A stretch of DNA of 34,901 nucleotides from Fibrobacteria bacterium (GTDB lineage Bacteria; Fibrobacterota; Fibrobacteria; UBA11236), in NCBI GenBank assembly GCA_043745805.1, contig JAYTSD010000010.1, forward strand, positions 1 to 34,901. Direction: 5' to 3'. Below are positions 18,973-28,215 of the stretch, piece by piece. The notes under the pieces were generated by a model, which was given only the letters and a program-made list of their open reading frames with translations, ran no database searches and was not told the DNA's origin. Each line of letters opens with the position of its first letter. Positions within the stretch are counted from its first letter, which is position 1. The translations under genes were made by a program, and so were the position numbers.

Positions 18973-21060
18973 ATGTCCAAGCCTATTAGGCAAGGCATAA
19001 AATTTGGTATAAGGGCTATAACTTTGAGTTTGGGTTTATTAATGCTCATGCTGGAAGCGAACGCGTCCACGTCACCTGATATGTTGCAAGAACCCGATAC
19101 TTTGGAGTTACCCAAGTCAGAGGTATATCGCCAAACCCCTACGGAATCGGCTTTAAAATATCAATTGGAATTAACCGATGCCAACCGCCTTTCGGCACAA
19201 CTAGGAAACCTGTTAGAAAAAGTCCCTGGCGTGCATGTTACCCGTTCCGGCGGCGTAGGAGATTATATAGGCATTTCATTATGGGGTTCAACTGCGGCAC
19301 AAGTTAATATTTATTTGGATGGTATTTTGCAAAATCCCAATACCGGTTTAAGCTTACTGGCTACTCTCGATTTAAATATCGTCAAAAGTATTGAAGTCTA
19401 TTCTGCTTTTTCACCGCAAAACTTTCCAGGTGCACCAATTGGGGGAAGTATTAATATTGTAACCCAAAAAAAAATAGGTCAAGGAAATATGCAGGTTACA
19501 GGTAACTTAGGGTCTTTTGGTGCACGGAAAGGATCTTTGGGCTTACAAAAAAGCTCGCTACGCTATGATTTTCTGGGGCAAATAAGTTTCGATGCCGCCG
19601 AAGACAATTTCCCCTATTATGATGACAATGGTAGCGAATTCATTTCAGGACGGGATAGTACTGGTTTAAAATATAAACAAGCGAAAACCTTAACCCGTAA
19701 AATCAAACAAAATAATGCGCATGATTTATTACAGATAAACGGCTTATTACGGTTGCATTCCGAAAATCTTGAATGGGGATTGCAAAGCGAATATTCAGAT
19801 TTGGGCAAACAAATCCCCGATCCATTTGCACGAGCTACTAATGCTGAGATTGTGCAAGCCGAAAAAAAATCTCATTGGCTTTCTTTACGTACATTTTTAA
19901 CCGGCGATACCGGCCCTTGGCCTTGGAATGCACAAATGTACTCGCAATGGACAAAAGAAGTTTATGTCGATACTGTAGCCTTTGGACAAGTCGGATTAGG
20001 AAGTGATTATGACGAAAATCTTTATAGTAATTCAGGGTTATTACTCAGCTTAAAAAGTAAAAACTCACGCGGCTTTATTTTTTCAGCTTTAGGCAATTAT
20101 GATATTGCCACTTATGGTTATACGAATCTTAAGAATCGTAAAACTGAACCTTCTTTATTTCATTATACTGGGGAAGGAAAATTTTCGCCAGGCTGGATAT
20201 CCCCTACCGGCCAACATACGCTGCAATTACAAATAGATTACCAATTAGCTTTAGAAGAATATTATGCTGGAAAACATTTTGTTTTGGGAGGTAAAAGTCT
20301 TTCGCCTTCACAATCTGAAAAACATTTTTCAGGACAAGTAGAATATCAAGCTAATTGGAAAAAGAAAATTCAATTTTATACACAAGCAGGAAATGCTTTC
20401 CGTTTCCCTAGTTTTATAGAGCGCTATGGCGATCAAGGAAGCTTAGCCGGCAATGCCAATTTAAAAGCAGAAACAAGCTTGCATTATTCGCAAGGCATGA
20501 TTTTTAACGGAGAGAAATTCACCCTCGGTGCAAAATATTATCATATCCATTCGGAAGGGTTAATTCATTTAGAACAGAACTCCCAATACATTTTGTATTT
20601 CACAAATTCCGAGAAAGTAACCATCAAAGGGGAACAATTCCAATTTTCCACTTTCCCTTGGCGCTGGACGCATAGTGATTTAGAGATTACTCATGAAAGT
20701 GCTACCAGTGAAGGAAATGAAGGTGCTGATTCTTATCGCAATGGAAAACAATTACCCTATCGCCCTTTTTGGCAGGGAAGTTTTTCACAAGTTTTGCTTT
20801 GGGGTGACATGCAGCTTGCAAATACAGTATATTATCAAGGCCTTACTTTTACCAATCCATCGAATAGCGCCACCATTTACGATGCGTATAGCTCCAACAC
20901 TAATCATCAATGGAAATGGAATGTTAACGTAACTTATAAAATACCCCATGCGTTATTATTAATCACTGTAGAAAACATCTCGAATAGTCAATTGTTTGAT
21001 TATTTCAGCTATCCTCTGCCCGGACGCGCTTATCAATGTGCGTTACAAATCAATATTTAA
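18973..21060 (+). CDS. btuB: TonB-dependent receptor, probable cobalamin transporter (BtuB-like)
   Basis: Plug motif LLEKVPGVHV..SGG...V.IYLDGI...IEVY...GGSINIVT. Barrel motifs FR.PSF.ERYG...GN.NLK.E, ENI.N..Y and YPLPGR. Controlled by the B12 riboswitch. Confidence 0.85.
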   Translation: MSKPIRQGIKFGIRAITLSLGLLMLMLEANASTSPDMLQEPDTLELPKSEVYRQTPTESALKYQLELTDANRLSAQLGNLLEKVPGVHVTRSGGVGDYIGISLWGSTAAQVNIYLDGILQNPNTGLSLLATLDLNIVKSIEVYSAFSPQNFPGAPIGGSINIVTQKKIGQGNMQVTGNLGSFGARKGSLGLQKSSLRYDFLGQISFDAAEDNFPYYDDNGSEFISGRDSTGLKYKQAKTLTRKIKQNNAHDLLQINGLLRLHSENLEWGLQSEYSDLGKQIPDPFARATNAEIVQAEKKSHWLSLRTFLTGDTGPWPWNAQMYSQWTKEVYVDTVAFGQVGLGSDYDENLYSNSGLLLSLKSKNSRGFIFSALGNYDIATYGYTNLKNRKTEPSLFHYTGEGKFSPGWISPTGQHTLQLQIDYQLALEEYYAGKHFVLGGKSLSPSQSEKHFSGQVEYQANWKKKIQFYTQAGNAFRFPSFIERYGDQGSLAGNANLKAETSLHYSQGMIFNGEKFTLGAKYYHIHSEGLIHLEQNSQYILYFTNSEKVTIKGEQFQFSTFPWRWTHSDLEITHESATSEGNEGADSYRNGKQLPYRPFWQGSFSQVLLWGDMQLANTVYYQGLTFTNPSNSATIYDAYSSNTNHQWKWNVNVTYKIPHALLLITVENISNSQLFDYFSYPLPGRAYQCALQINI

Positions 21061-21080
21061 CTAACACCAAAGGAGAACCC

Positions 21081-22205
21081 ATGAAAAATCATTCCCATTT
21101 AACCCGTCCGCTAATTGCTGGCCTATTCGCTTTGCTCTTCGCAAGCTGTATGTTTTCAGAGGACGGAAAAGAAAAAAACGAAGAAAAAAATTCTGGCCTT
21201 AATTTGAAAGATTCCAGTTTTATTTTTGCATTGCTCAGCGACTATAAAACTGGAAGCTATGCCGCTATGGGCTTAGGAGGCAATCTGATTCAAGACTCTA
21301 TCAATCCCATTCATTCGGATGCGGTGGTAAGCTATGCTGGAGGTCAAGATATTTTTGTACTCAATCGTTTAGGACGCGATAATTTACAAGTCTTGGATAG
21401 AAACTCTTTAAAAACCGTTTTACAAATAACCTTTCCCTCTAAAAGTAATCCACAAGCGGTTTTGGCAAAGGACAATTTATTGTATGTCCTGTTTTATAAA
21501 TCGGACAGCATTGGCATATACAATCAAGCCGATGGCACAAAAAAAGGGGGCATCGATATCTCGGCCTATGCCGACACCGTTGATCATTTTCCCGAAGCGG
21601 CTGCTGGCATTATTGCAGGTAACAATTTATATGTCATCCTCCAGAATTTGGATATCAATACCTATACGCCATTGCAATCACGTTTATTAAAAATCAGTTT
21701 AACCTCGCATGAAATAAAAAGTCTAGATTTACCACTGAGCAATCCCTCCAATGTAGCTTATGACTCCAGCTCGGATTTACTCTATATTCCTTGTGTCGGA
21801 TTATATAGTGACACTTCCTTTAATCCAGTATATGACGGTGGTTTGTTAAGGATCAATCCTTCCAGCCTAACGGTTAAAGATACGGTGATCTCCGAAAAAA
21901 CTTTACAGGGTAATTTAAGTGGTGTGAAATTGTATAATGGTAAAGCCTATTCGATCATTTCAAAATCCCTCGGCGATGCTTTGGTATCCATTAATCCTAG
22001 CGATAAAAGTGCTTCGGAAATCGCAAAAACTGGCAGCTATAAAGCAGCAGACTTTGTCATCGATGCCCTTTCCAAAACGATCTACTTTGCGGATAAAGTA
22101 GTAGGCATGCGTCAATTCAATGCCGAAACTGGTGTTGAAAAGGAAGTTTCACATTTGAAATTTAAGCTTCCAGTTGTTGATATGGTTCTTCTTCCTAAAC
22201 TCTAG
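21081..22205 (+). CDS. YncE-like beta-propeller lipoprotein (BtuG-like B12-binding candidate)
   Basis: Lipobox LLFASC and propeller-blade repeats (SNPQAV...LLYV; NLYV; NPSNV...LLYI). Directly follows the btuB-like gene. ATG 21081 follows AAGGAG. Confidence 0.75.
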   Translation: MKNHSHLTRPLIAGLFALLFASCMFSEDGKEKNEEKNSGLNLKDSSFIFALLSDYKTGSYAAMGLGGNLIQDSINPIHSDAVVSYAGGQDIFVLNRLGRDNLQVLDRNSLKTVLQITFPSKSNPQAVLAKDNLLYVLFYKSDSIGIYNQADGTKKGGIDISAYADTVDHFPEAAAGIIAGNNLYVILQNLDINTYTPLQSRLLKISLTSHEIKSLDLPLSNPSNVAYDSSSDLLYIPCVGLYSDTSFNPVYDGGLLRINPSSLTVKDTVISEKTLQGNLSGVKLYNGKAYSIISKSLGDALVSINPSDKSASEIAKTGSYKAADFVIDALSKTIYFADKVVGMRQFNAETGVEKEVSHLKFKLPVVDMVLLPKL

Positions 22206-22221
22206 TCAAAATCTTAGGTAC

Positions 22222-22251
22222 AAAAAAACCCTCGACATCGTTGAGGGTTTT
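22222..22251. terminator. Bidirectional rho-independent terminator
   Basis: AAAACCCTC-N9-GAGGGTTTT with an upstream A-tract, between convergent genes. Confidence 0.75.
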
Positions 22252-22276
22252 CATCATATAAAAGAAATTTTAAAAA

Positions 22277-23143
22277 TTAAAGAATAGATTTAGCGAAGCT
22301 TGCTTTGGAAAGCGCACCTCTTAAAAATTCTGCGGCTTGATCTGAAGTTAAGGGCAACTTATCAAAACTCAACACACCCTCATCTCGCAAACGCAAAAAT
22401 AAACGCGGAATTGAAGGCAAAGGAATCGTCGCCAATTTTAATATTTCATCATTGGTTAAAACCTTTTGCGGTTCATCAATCATCAATAAGCGACCTTCAC
22501 CAATTACGGCAATGCGATCGGTTAAATCCAAAATATCATCCAAGCGATGCGATGAAACGATAACGCATAAACCGCGACTTTTTAATTCTTTAAGAGTAGC
22601 AATGGTGTCACGTACGCCCACCAAATCTAAATCGGCCAAAGGTTCATCTAAAAGTAAAATGCTTGGATCCGAAATCAAGGCCATAGCCAATGCAATGCGA
22701 CGACGTTCGCCACAAGACATTTCATCGAGATACCAATCCTTAGCTTGCTTCATGCGCACCACTTTAAGCACGAAAGCCACTTTTTCTTTAATTACTCGGC
22801 CTTCATAGCCCATCAAGCGGCAAGCTCGCGCTAATTCATCTTCTACCGTGGGACCAACCAATTGGCTTTCAGGGTTTTGTTCCACCAAGGTTACGTATTC
22901 ATTTAATTTACGACTGGAAAATTCCTCAATTGGACGGCCAGCAAAAATAATTTCGCCTTCGCTTTTGTCCATGTAGCCGGAAAGCATTTTCATCAAAGTG
23001 GTTTTACCAGCTCCATTTGCGCCAACCATGCCAATGATTTCGCCTTGGAAAAAATCTACCGTCACATTGTCCACGGCCGAATTACCTGCCGCATATTGAT
23101 AGGACACGTTCTTCAAACTGGCGACTTTTTTCGTTTCATTCAT
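22277..23143 (-). CDS. ECF-type ABC transporter ATPase (EcfA/CbiO-like)
   Basis: Walker A GANGAGKT, QNPESQL...TVEDE, signature variant MSCGE, LLLDEP, SSH, and an EcfA-like C-terminal tail (LP.I..L...L...G...LPLT). Confidence 0.85.
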   Translation of the reverse strand: MNETKKVASLKNVSYQYAAGNSAVDNVTVDFFQGEIIGMVGANGAGKTTLMKMLSGYMDKSEGEIIFAGRPIEEFSSRKLNEYVTLVEQNPESQLVGPTVEDELARACRLMGYEGRVIKEKVAFVLKVVRMKQAKDWYLDEMSCGERRRIALAMALISDPSILLLDEPLADLDLVGVRDTIATLKELKSRGLCVIVSSHRLDDILDLTDRIAVIGEGRLLMIDEPQKVLTNDEILKLATIPLPSIPRLFLRLRDEGVLSFDKLPLTSDQAAEFLRGALSKASFAKSIL

Positions 23144-23256
23144 AAACAATCCTTTTTACTCGTGACGAGTGAACCCCATTTAAGCGCCTAAAGATAAAAA
23201 ACCGTGAAGCTTTGCACAAAAAATTGATAACTTTGTGACTTTCACAGGAGAATCTC

Positions 23257-23913
23257 TTGAGCCAGTTAAAAAATACGCAATCGGCCTGTAAAATCAAGGT
23301 TTGTGGAGTAACTCGCGAGGAGGATTTTTTTGGCTTATTGAAATTAAATGTGGATTTTTTGGGCTTCAATTTTTATCGCGGCAGCGCGCGCTTCATAACT
23401 CCTGAAAAAGCTAAAGCCTTTGTAGTAGAGGCTAGCAATGCTATTTCGGTTGGTGTTTTTGTGAATGCCCCATTAAATGAGCTACTTGATATCATCAAAT
23501 TCACTGGTATAAAATACGCACAATTACATGGCTCGGAGGATTTGGCATACATAAAGCAAGTTCCGATTCCTGTAATCAAAGCGCTTCCCCATACCGCCTT
23601 GTCGCAAATGCAAGATTGGGAAAAAAGCGCTCTCAATTTGGAATATTTACTTATTGATACTTTACCGTTGGGTTCGAGTGGGAAATCTCAATTTGGTGGA
23701 TCCGGTTTAACCTTCGATTGGTCCGAACTTAACAAAGCATCTATTTCCTTGCCTTATTTTTTAGCTGGCGGCTTGGGACCACATAATTTGCAAGAAGCTT
23801 TGGCGATTTGCTCTCCATTTGCTGTGGATTTAAATAGTAAAGTGGAAGTTGCACCAGGCATTAAAGATTTGGAAAAAGTAAAGTGCTGCGTGGAGATTAT
23901 TCGCACAATGTAA
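23257..23913 (+). CDS. trpF: Phosphoribosylanthranilate isomerase
   Basis: KVCGVT, GFNFY.GSAR, VGVFVN, QLHGSE, GGSG.TFDW, LAGGL, DLNSKVE..PG.KD. TTG start follows AGGAG. Confidence 0.95.
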   Translation: MSQLKNTQSACKIKVCGVTREEDFFGLLKLNVDFLGFNFYRGSARFITPEKAKAFVVEASNAISVGVFVNAPLNELLDIIKFTGIKYAQLHGSEDLAYIKQVPIPVIKALPHTALSQMQDWEKSALNLEYLLIDTLPLGSSGKSQFGGSGLTFDWSELNKASISLPYFLAGGLGPHNLQEALAICSPFAVDLNSKVEVAPGIKDLEKVKCCVEIIRTM

Positions 23914-23956
23914 ATTTAATGTTACCGTAACCTCTACCAATTCACGGGCAAAATCA

Positions 23957-24805
23957 TCAAGCCTGACTAATCCAACCCAAAGCCATCCAATCTTGAAACC
24001 AACCTTGAATCTTATCTTCCATCTCCGCCAATTCATCGGGAGATAATTCGGCCTCTAACTTTTCAAAAATATCCGGTAATAATTGAGGATTTTTCAAAAG
24101 CATCAGAACATGATAGGCTGCGCTGGATAAGGGTTTAACCCACAATTCACCACCATGCCGATAAATGGAAACATATTTACCTGGAGTAGCGCGTAAAACA
24201 AATTCTTCCTCGAGACTTTCATCTTTTAAGCATAAATCTCGATATGCCGTAAAATCCCAATCTAAAGCCAAAGGCGTAATATGCTTTGCTAAACGAATTT
24301 TGGTGCTGAGAAAATCGGCTCCCGGCTTGAGGGGTGTGGGTTCTCCCGCCTCAAAAGCGCGTGAAAAAGCCTGATCCACTTCTACGGCTTGTAAAACACA
24401 TTCCCTATTTTTTTCGTGGTATTCCGCAAGCATAAATTTCAAAAAATTTTGATCCAGCGCCGCCAAAAAGGGGGAGTCGCTAGGGTAACTTTGCAAATAC
24501 CGTATCACCCATTGATTATATTTCTGCAAACCTACAATATGCACGGTGCATTGATAATCAGTTTGTAAAATGCTGATTAAGCGAAACCAATATTGTTGAT
24601 TATAAACATTGAGTCGTGCATGGCCATTCATTTTTAAAGTCGAGCGAATAACTTCATTTGCTTCAGTAATTAATTCGCCTCCAAATATTCCTTCGTTTTG
24701 TGAATCACGATAATTAATTAAGGGCCGTGCTATTACTTTCCCGAACCATGCTTGCAATTGCGAAAGTTTTTCCAAGGAGTCGATATTTTTTAGAGAATTA
24801 TTCAT
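23957..24805 (-). CDS. DUF2063-family (HvfC/BufC-like, MNIO partner-type) protein
   Basis: LQAWF...PL, RLNVYNQQYWFRL..ILQ.DY...G...Y...YL..YPS.S..L, and a C-terminal winged-helix-like end (WFQDW...G). Confidence 0.8.
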   Translation of the reverse strand: MNNSLKNIDSLEKLSQLQAWFGKVIARPLINYRDSQNEGIFGGELITEANEVIRSTLKMNGHARLNVYNQQYWFRLISILQTDYQCTVHIVGLQKYNQWVIRYLQSYPSDSPFLAALDQNFLKFMLAEYHEKNRECVLQAVEVDQAFSRAFEAGEPTPLKPGADFLSTKIRLAKHITPLALDWDFTAYRDLCLKDESLEEEFVLRATPGKYVSIYRHGGELWVKPLSSAAYHVLMLLKNPQLLPDIFEKLEAELSPDELAEMEDKIQGWFQDWMALGWISQA

Positions 24806-25131
24806 TATTTCTTAAACATAAAAAAGACTGCGCCAATAAGGAACAAAAAGCTGATGGCATAATTCCAACGTAGCGGTTCTTTCAGATAAAAAACGGAAAA
24901 AACCGCAAAGACGGTTAATGTAATAACCTCTTGTATAGTTTTAAGTTGTGCCGTGGAAAACTGATATGAACCGATGCGATTAGCTGGAACTTGAAAACAA
25001 TATTCGAAAAAAGCTATGAGCCAGCTTATTAAAACAACTTTCCACAGCATATGATCTTTGAATTTCAAATGACCGTACCAAGCGAAGGTCATGAAAATAT
25101 TGGAAATCAGAAGGAGTATGATTGTTCGCAT
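24805..25131 (-). CDS. DUF486 / DMT-family small membrane protein
   Basis: SNIFMTFAWYGHLKF, SW.IAFFEYC.QVPANRIG, QLK.IQEVITL. Confidence 0.9.
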   Translation of the reverse strand: MRTIILLLISNIFMTFAWYGHLKFKDHMLWKVVLISWLIAFFEYCFQVPANRIGSYQFSTAQLKTIQEVITLTVFAVFSVFYLKEPLRWNYAISFLFLIGAVFFMFKK

Positions 25132-25174
25132 GACATCTCTTTTGTATTTGTTTTATATTAAAAAATAGCTTTGG

Positions 25175-25615
25175 TTAAGTAACACCCAACATAACATTGG
25201 AGGGTTTAAAAAAGACAAGTATTTCAGAACCTTTCTTTAAATTCTTTACATTTTCTCTAGAGGTTGTGCCCACCAAAACATTTCCTCCTGCGAGCTGCAA
25301 AATAACTTCAGCATTTTTTCAATTCCAAATTACCCAAGCTTTCCGTTGTGATCTGCGCTGTAACTTAATTTTCGCCCTTAATTTCAATTATCACATCACT
25401 CGTTACCGTAGCTAATAAAGGTTTGTCGGAAATATTATTTAAAGCTTCCAGCGTATCCCAAGCAGTTTTATAACTGACACCAACAGCCTTAGCGGCTTTG
25501 GTAATAGAGCCCGTTTCACCTACTTGTTCTAATATAGCGATACGTAAACCTCCGAGTGGAGGCGCAAATGATTTTTTTTTAGCGATTGCTTTTTAATTTC
25601 AGTAATCTTGCCCAT
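25175..25615 (-). pseudogene. modE: Degraded modE (molybdate-responsive regulator)
   Basis: The minus strand encodes a wHTH (RIAILEQVGETGSITKAAKAVGVSYKTAWDTLEALNNISDKPLL) and TOBE fragments (SDVIIEIKGEN*VTAQITTES..LEL; NAEVILQLAGG..L......KKG......KPSNVMLG). It is broken by a frameshift near the A9 run, a TAA at 25365-25367, a second frameshift and apparent deletions. Confidence 0.85.
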
Positions 25616-26367
25616 TAAGGCAAGATATAACCGTATTTGCTAAAGATGTCACGGGCCTTTGCGGAGTAAAGATAATCCATAAATTTCTGTGATAAATTCG
25701 GATTATTATCGGATCCATATTTGCAAATAACCCCGCCTTGTGCAATTTTATTATAACTAGAACTGTCGACTTCCGCCCATTTTCCTTTGCCTTCCATATT
25801 TTTAGCCAGTACCACCGACTTAGCACAAAAGCCGATATCCACATTTTGTGTCAAAATATATTGGCTGGCTTGCGAAATGCTTTCGCAATAGATCAATTTT
25901 TCCGTTACCTTAGCAAATAGGCTATCATGTTGCATCGCTTTAACAGCTTCACGTCCATATGGCGCGCGCTTAGGATCGGGTAAAGCGATTTTTGTGACTT
26001 TGGGATCGGTGAGTATGGCTAAGCCTTGACTTACATCAACGTCTTTCAAACTCCAAAGTACGAGCTTTCCATAGACATATATTTTTGGCTTCCCTTGTGC
26101 ATAGCCCCATTTCACTAAGGAATCAGGATAATCCATATCTGCGGAAATAAAAACATCAAAGGGCGCGCCGTTTTTGATTTGAAAAGCCAATTTTCCGGAA
26201 GCTCCAAAAATGGTTTTAATAGTCGTATGTGTTTCTTTTTCAAAAGCAACTTTAATATCTTCCAAAGCGTATTGCACATTGGCTGCAGCGGCTATGGTGA
26301 TTTGTCCATAGCAGAAATATAAAGTCACATGCAATAAAACAATTAATGTTAGAGCCAAACGACGCAT
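25615..26367 (-). CDS. modA: Molybdate ABC transporter substrate-binding protein
   Basis: IAAAAN, FGASGKL..QI.NGAPFDVFISAD, PDPK.APYG. ATG 26367 follows AAGGAG. Confidence 0.93.
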   Translation of the reverse strand: MRRLALTLIVLLHVTLYFCYGQITIAAAANVQYALEDIKVAFEKETHTTIKTIFGASGKLAFQIKNGAPFDVFISADMDYPDSLVKWGYAQGKPKIYVYGKLVLWSLKDVDVSQGLAILTDPKVTKIALPDPKRAPYGREAVKAMQHDSLFAKVTEKLIYCESISQASQYILTQNVDIGFCAKSVVLAKNMEGKGKWAEVDSSSYNKIAQGGVICKYGSDNNPNLSQKFMDYLYSAKARDIFSKYGYILP

Positions 26368-26585
26368 GTTATCTCCTTTTAGCAAAATACTTGGAAAGTA
26401 GTATTAGCAACGAAAGCAAAAATAAGTATTGAAGCAGAAAATCCAAATATTATTTCCCTACTTGTAGGCCCAATAGTTCAATTGTTTGCCTAAATTTAGC
26501 TTCTTAGGGAAATTTTCTTTTTGCACAAGTGCCATAGGTTTCTTATAAGATTGGTACTCTTTTGAATTTATGAATAGGAAAAAAT

Positions 26586-27263
26586 TTGACTGATTTTGAT
26601 TTGGAACCGCTTTGGCTAACTTTTAAACTAGCGGCTATTACTACTGTACTATTATTTATAATTACGATTCCCATCGCAGGTTGGTTATCACGCACAGAAT
26701 CGAAATTACGACTGCCTTTGCAAGCCTTAGCCAATATGCCATTAGTCTTGCCGCCTTCGGTATTAGGATTTTATTTGTTACTTACCTTCAGTCCTGCCTA
26801 TGGATTAGGTCGATTTTTACAAAATAATTTTCACATGGGCATGGTTTTTTCTTTTTCGGGTTTAGTTTTGGGATCCATTATTTTCAGCTTCCCCTTTATG
26901 CTTAATCCCTTGCTCTCCGGTTTAGAAAATATGCCTAAGTCATTAACGGAAGCTTCTTATGTTTTAGGGAATGGGCCAATCGCAACATTCATACAAGTTT
27001 TATTGCCCAATCTTAAGCCCGCCTTGCTTTATGGCGCGGCATTAACCTTCGCCCATACCTTGGGGGAATTCGGCATGGTATTGATGATAGGTGGAAAAAT
27101 TCCTGGCAAAACTCGCGTCGCGTCCATCGCCATTTACGACGAAGTAGAATCCTTAAATTTTTCTGCCGCCAACACTTATGCACTTATCTTATTCGTTTTC
27201 TCCTTCGCACTCTTGATGCTTATATTCACCCTGCAAAGAAAACATCTTAGGCTTTTTCGCTGA
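26586..27263 (+). CDS. modB: Molybdate ABC transporter permease
   Basis: MPLVLPPSVLGFYLL, EAS motif, FAHTLGEFG.VLMIGG.IPG.TR. TTG start. Confidence 0.95.
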   Translation: MTDFDLEPLWLTFKLAAITTVLLFIITIPIAGWLSRTESKLRLPLQALANMPLVLPPSVLGFYLLLTFSPAYGLGRFLQNNFHMGMVFSFSGLVLGSIIFSFPFMLNPLLSGLENMPKSLTEASYVLGNGPIATFIQVLLPNLKPALLYGAALTFAHTLGEFGMVLMIGGKIPGKTRVASIAIYDEVESLNFSAANTYALILFVFSFALLMLIFTLQRKHLRLFR

Positions 27264-27272
27264 GTTACACGC

Positions 27273-28154
27273 ATGTTACGTTTTAGCTTAAAAAAACATA
27301 TGCATACCGCCGAAGGAAAGGCTTTGCTTTCGGTGGATGTAGAAATACCCATGGGCAGTTGTGGGGCTTTGTATGGACCATCTGGAGCAGGTAAAACCAC
27401 GATACTGCGTATGTTGGCAGGCTTGCTTCAACCCGAATCAGGATTTATCGAAGTAGCCGGAAAAATCTGGTATGACTCACAAAAAAAAATAAACCTTACT
27501 CCACAACAAAGACGCGCAGGTTTGGTTTTTCAAGATTATGCTTTATTTCCTCATCTCACGGTTCGGCAAAATTTGGAATTTGCCGCCGGCAAAAAAACCG
27601 ATCCCACAAAAATCCACGGCTTATTAAATGTTACCGGCTTGTTACCTTGGGAAAATTGTAAACCCGATATGCTTTCCGGTGGCCAAAAACAAAGAACCGC
27701 ATTGGCTCGCGCTCTAGCCTCAGAACCTAGTATGCTATTATTAGATGAACCCTTCTCTGCTTTGGATCAGGAAATGCGCGGCAAGCTACGCGAAGAAACC
27801 GCACAATTGCAAAAGCAATTTGAACTCACCACTTTATTGGTTAGTCATGATGCCGGCGAAGTATTTCGTTTAGCGCAAAAGGTTTTTCTGCTGGAGCGCG
27901 GAAGCATAATCCGTTCGGGGTTACCTTCCGAAATATTTGGCTTAGGTAAAATGAGTGGCAAGTTCAAATTCACCGGACAAATCTTAGCGATAACTCCTGC
28001 GGACACTGTGTACATTGTCACCGTATTAGTCGGTCAAGATATAGTGAAGGTTACGGCTTTACCTGCGGATATTTCGGACTTACAGGTGGGAGATCGGGTG
28101 ATGCTCGCATCCAAAGCCTTTAACCCGATGATATTTAAACTGAACTCGAATTAA
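27273..28154 (+). CDS. modC: Molybdate ABC transporter ATPase with TOBE domain
   Basis: GPSGAGKTT, VFQDYALFPH, LSGGQKQR, LLDEPFSALD, and a C-terminal TOBE-like region. Confidence 0.92.
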   Translation: MLRFSLKKHMHTAEGKALLSVDVEIPMGSCGALYGPSGAGKTTILRMLAGLLQPESGFIEVAGKIWYDSQKKINLTPQQRRAGLVFQDYALFPHLTVRQNLEFAAGKKTDPTKIHGLLNVTGLLPWENCKPDMLSGGQKQRTALARALASEPSMLLLDEPFSALDQEMRGKLREETAQLQKQFELTTLLVSHDAGEVFRLAQKVFLLERGSIIRSGLPSEIFGLGKMSGKFKFTGQILAITPADTVYIVTVLVGQDIVKVTALPADISDLQVGDRVMLASKAFNPMIFKLNSN

Positions 28155-28215
28155 TGAGAGTTTTTTAAGTAGCCTACTTTAACAAAAAGCTACTACTTCT
28201 TTTATAATAAATTTA

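Noticed and set aside
25197..25415. 72-aa plus-strand ORF
   Set aside because: Antisense shadow of the modE pseudogene TOBE fragment.
26368..26585. Moco riboswitch or ModE box between modA and modB
   Set aside because: No recognisable consensus for either.
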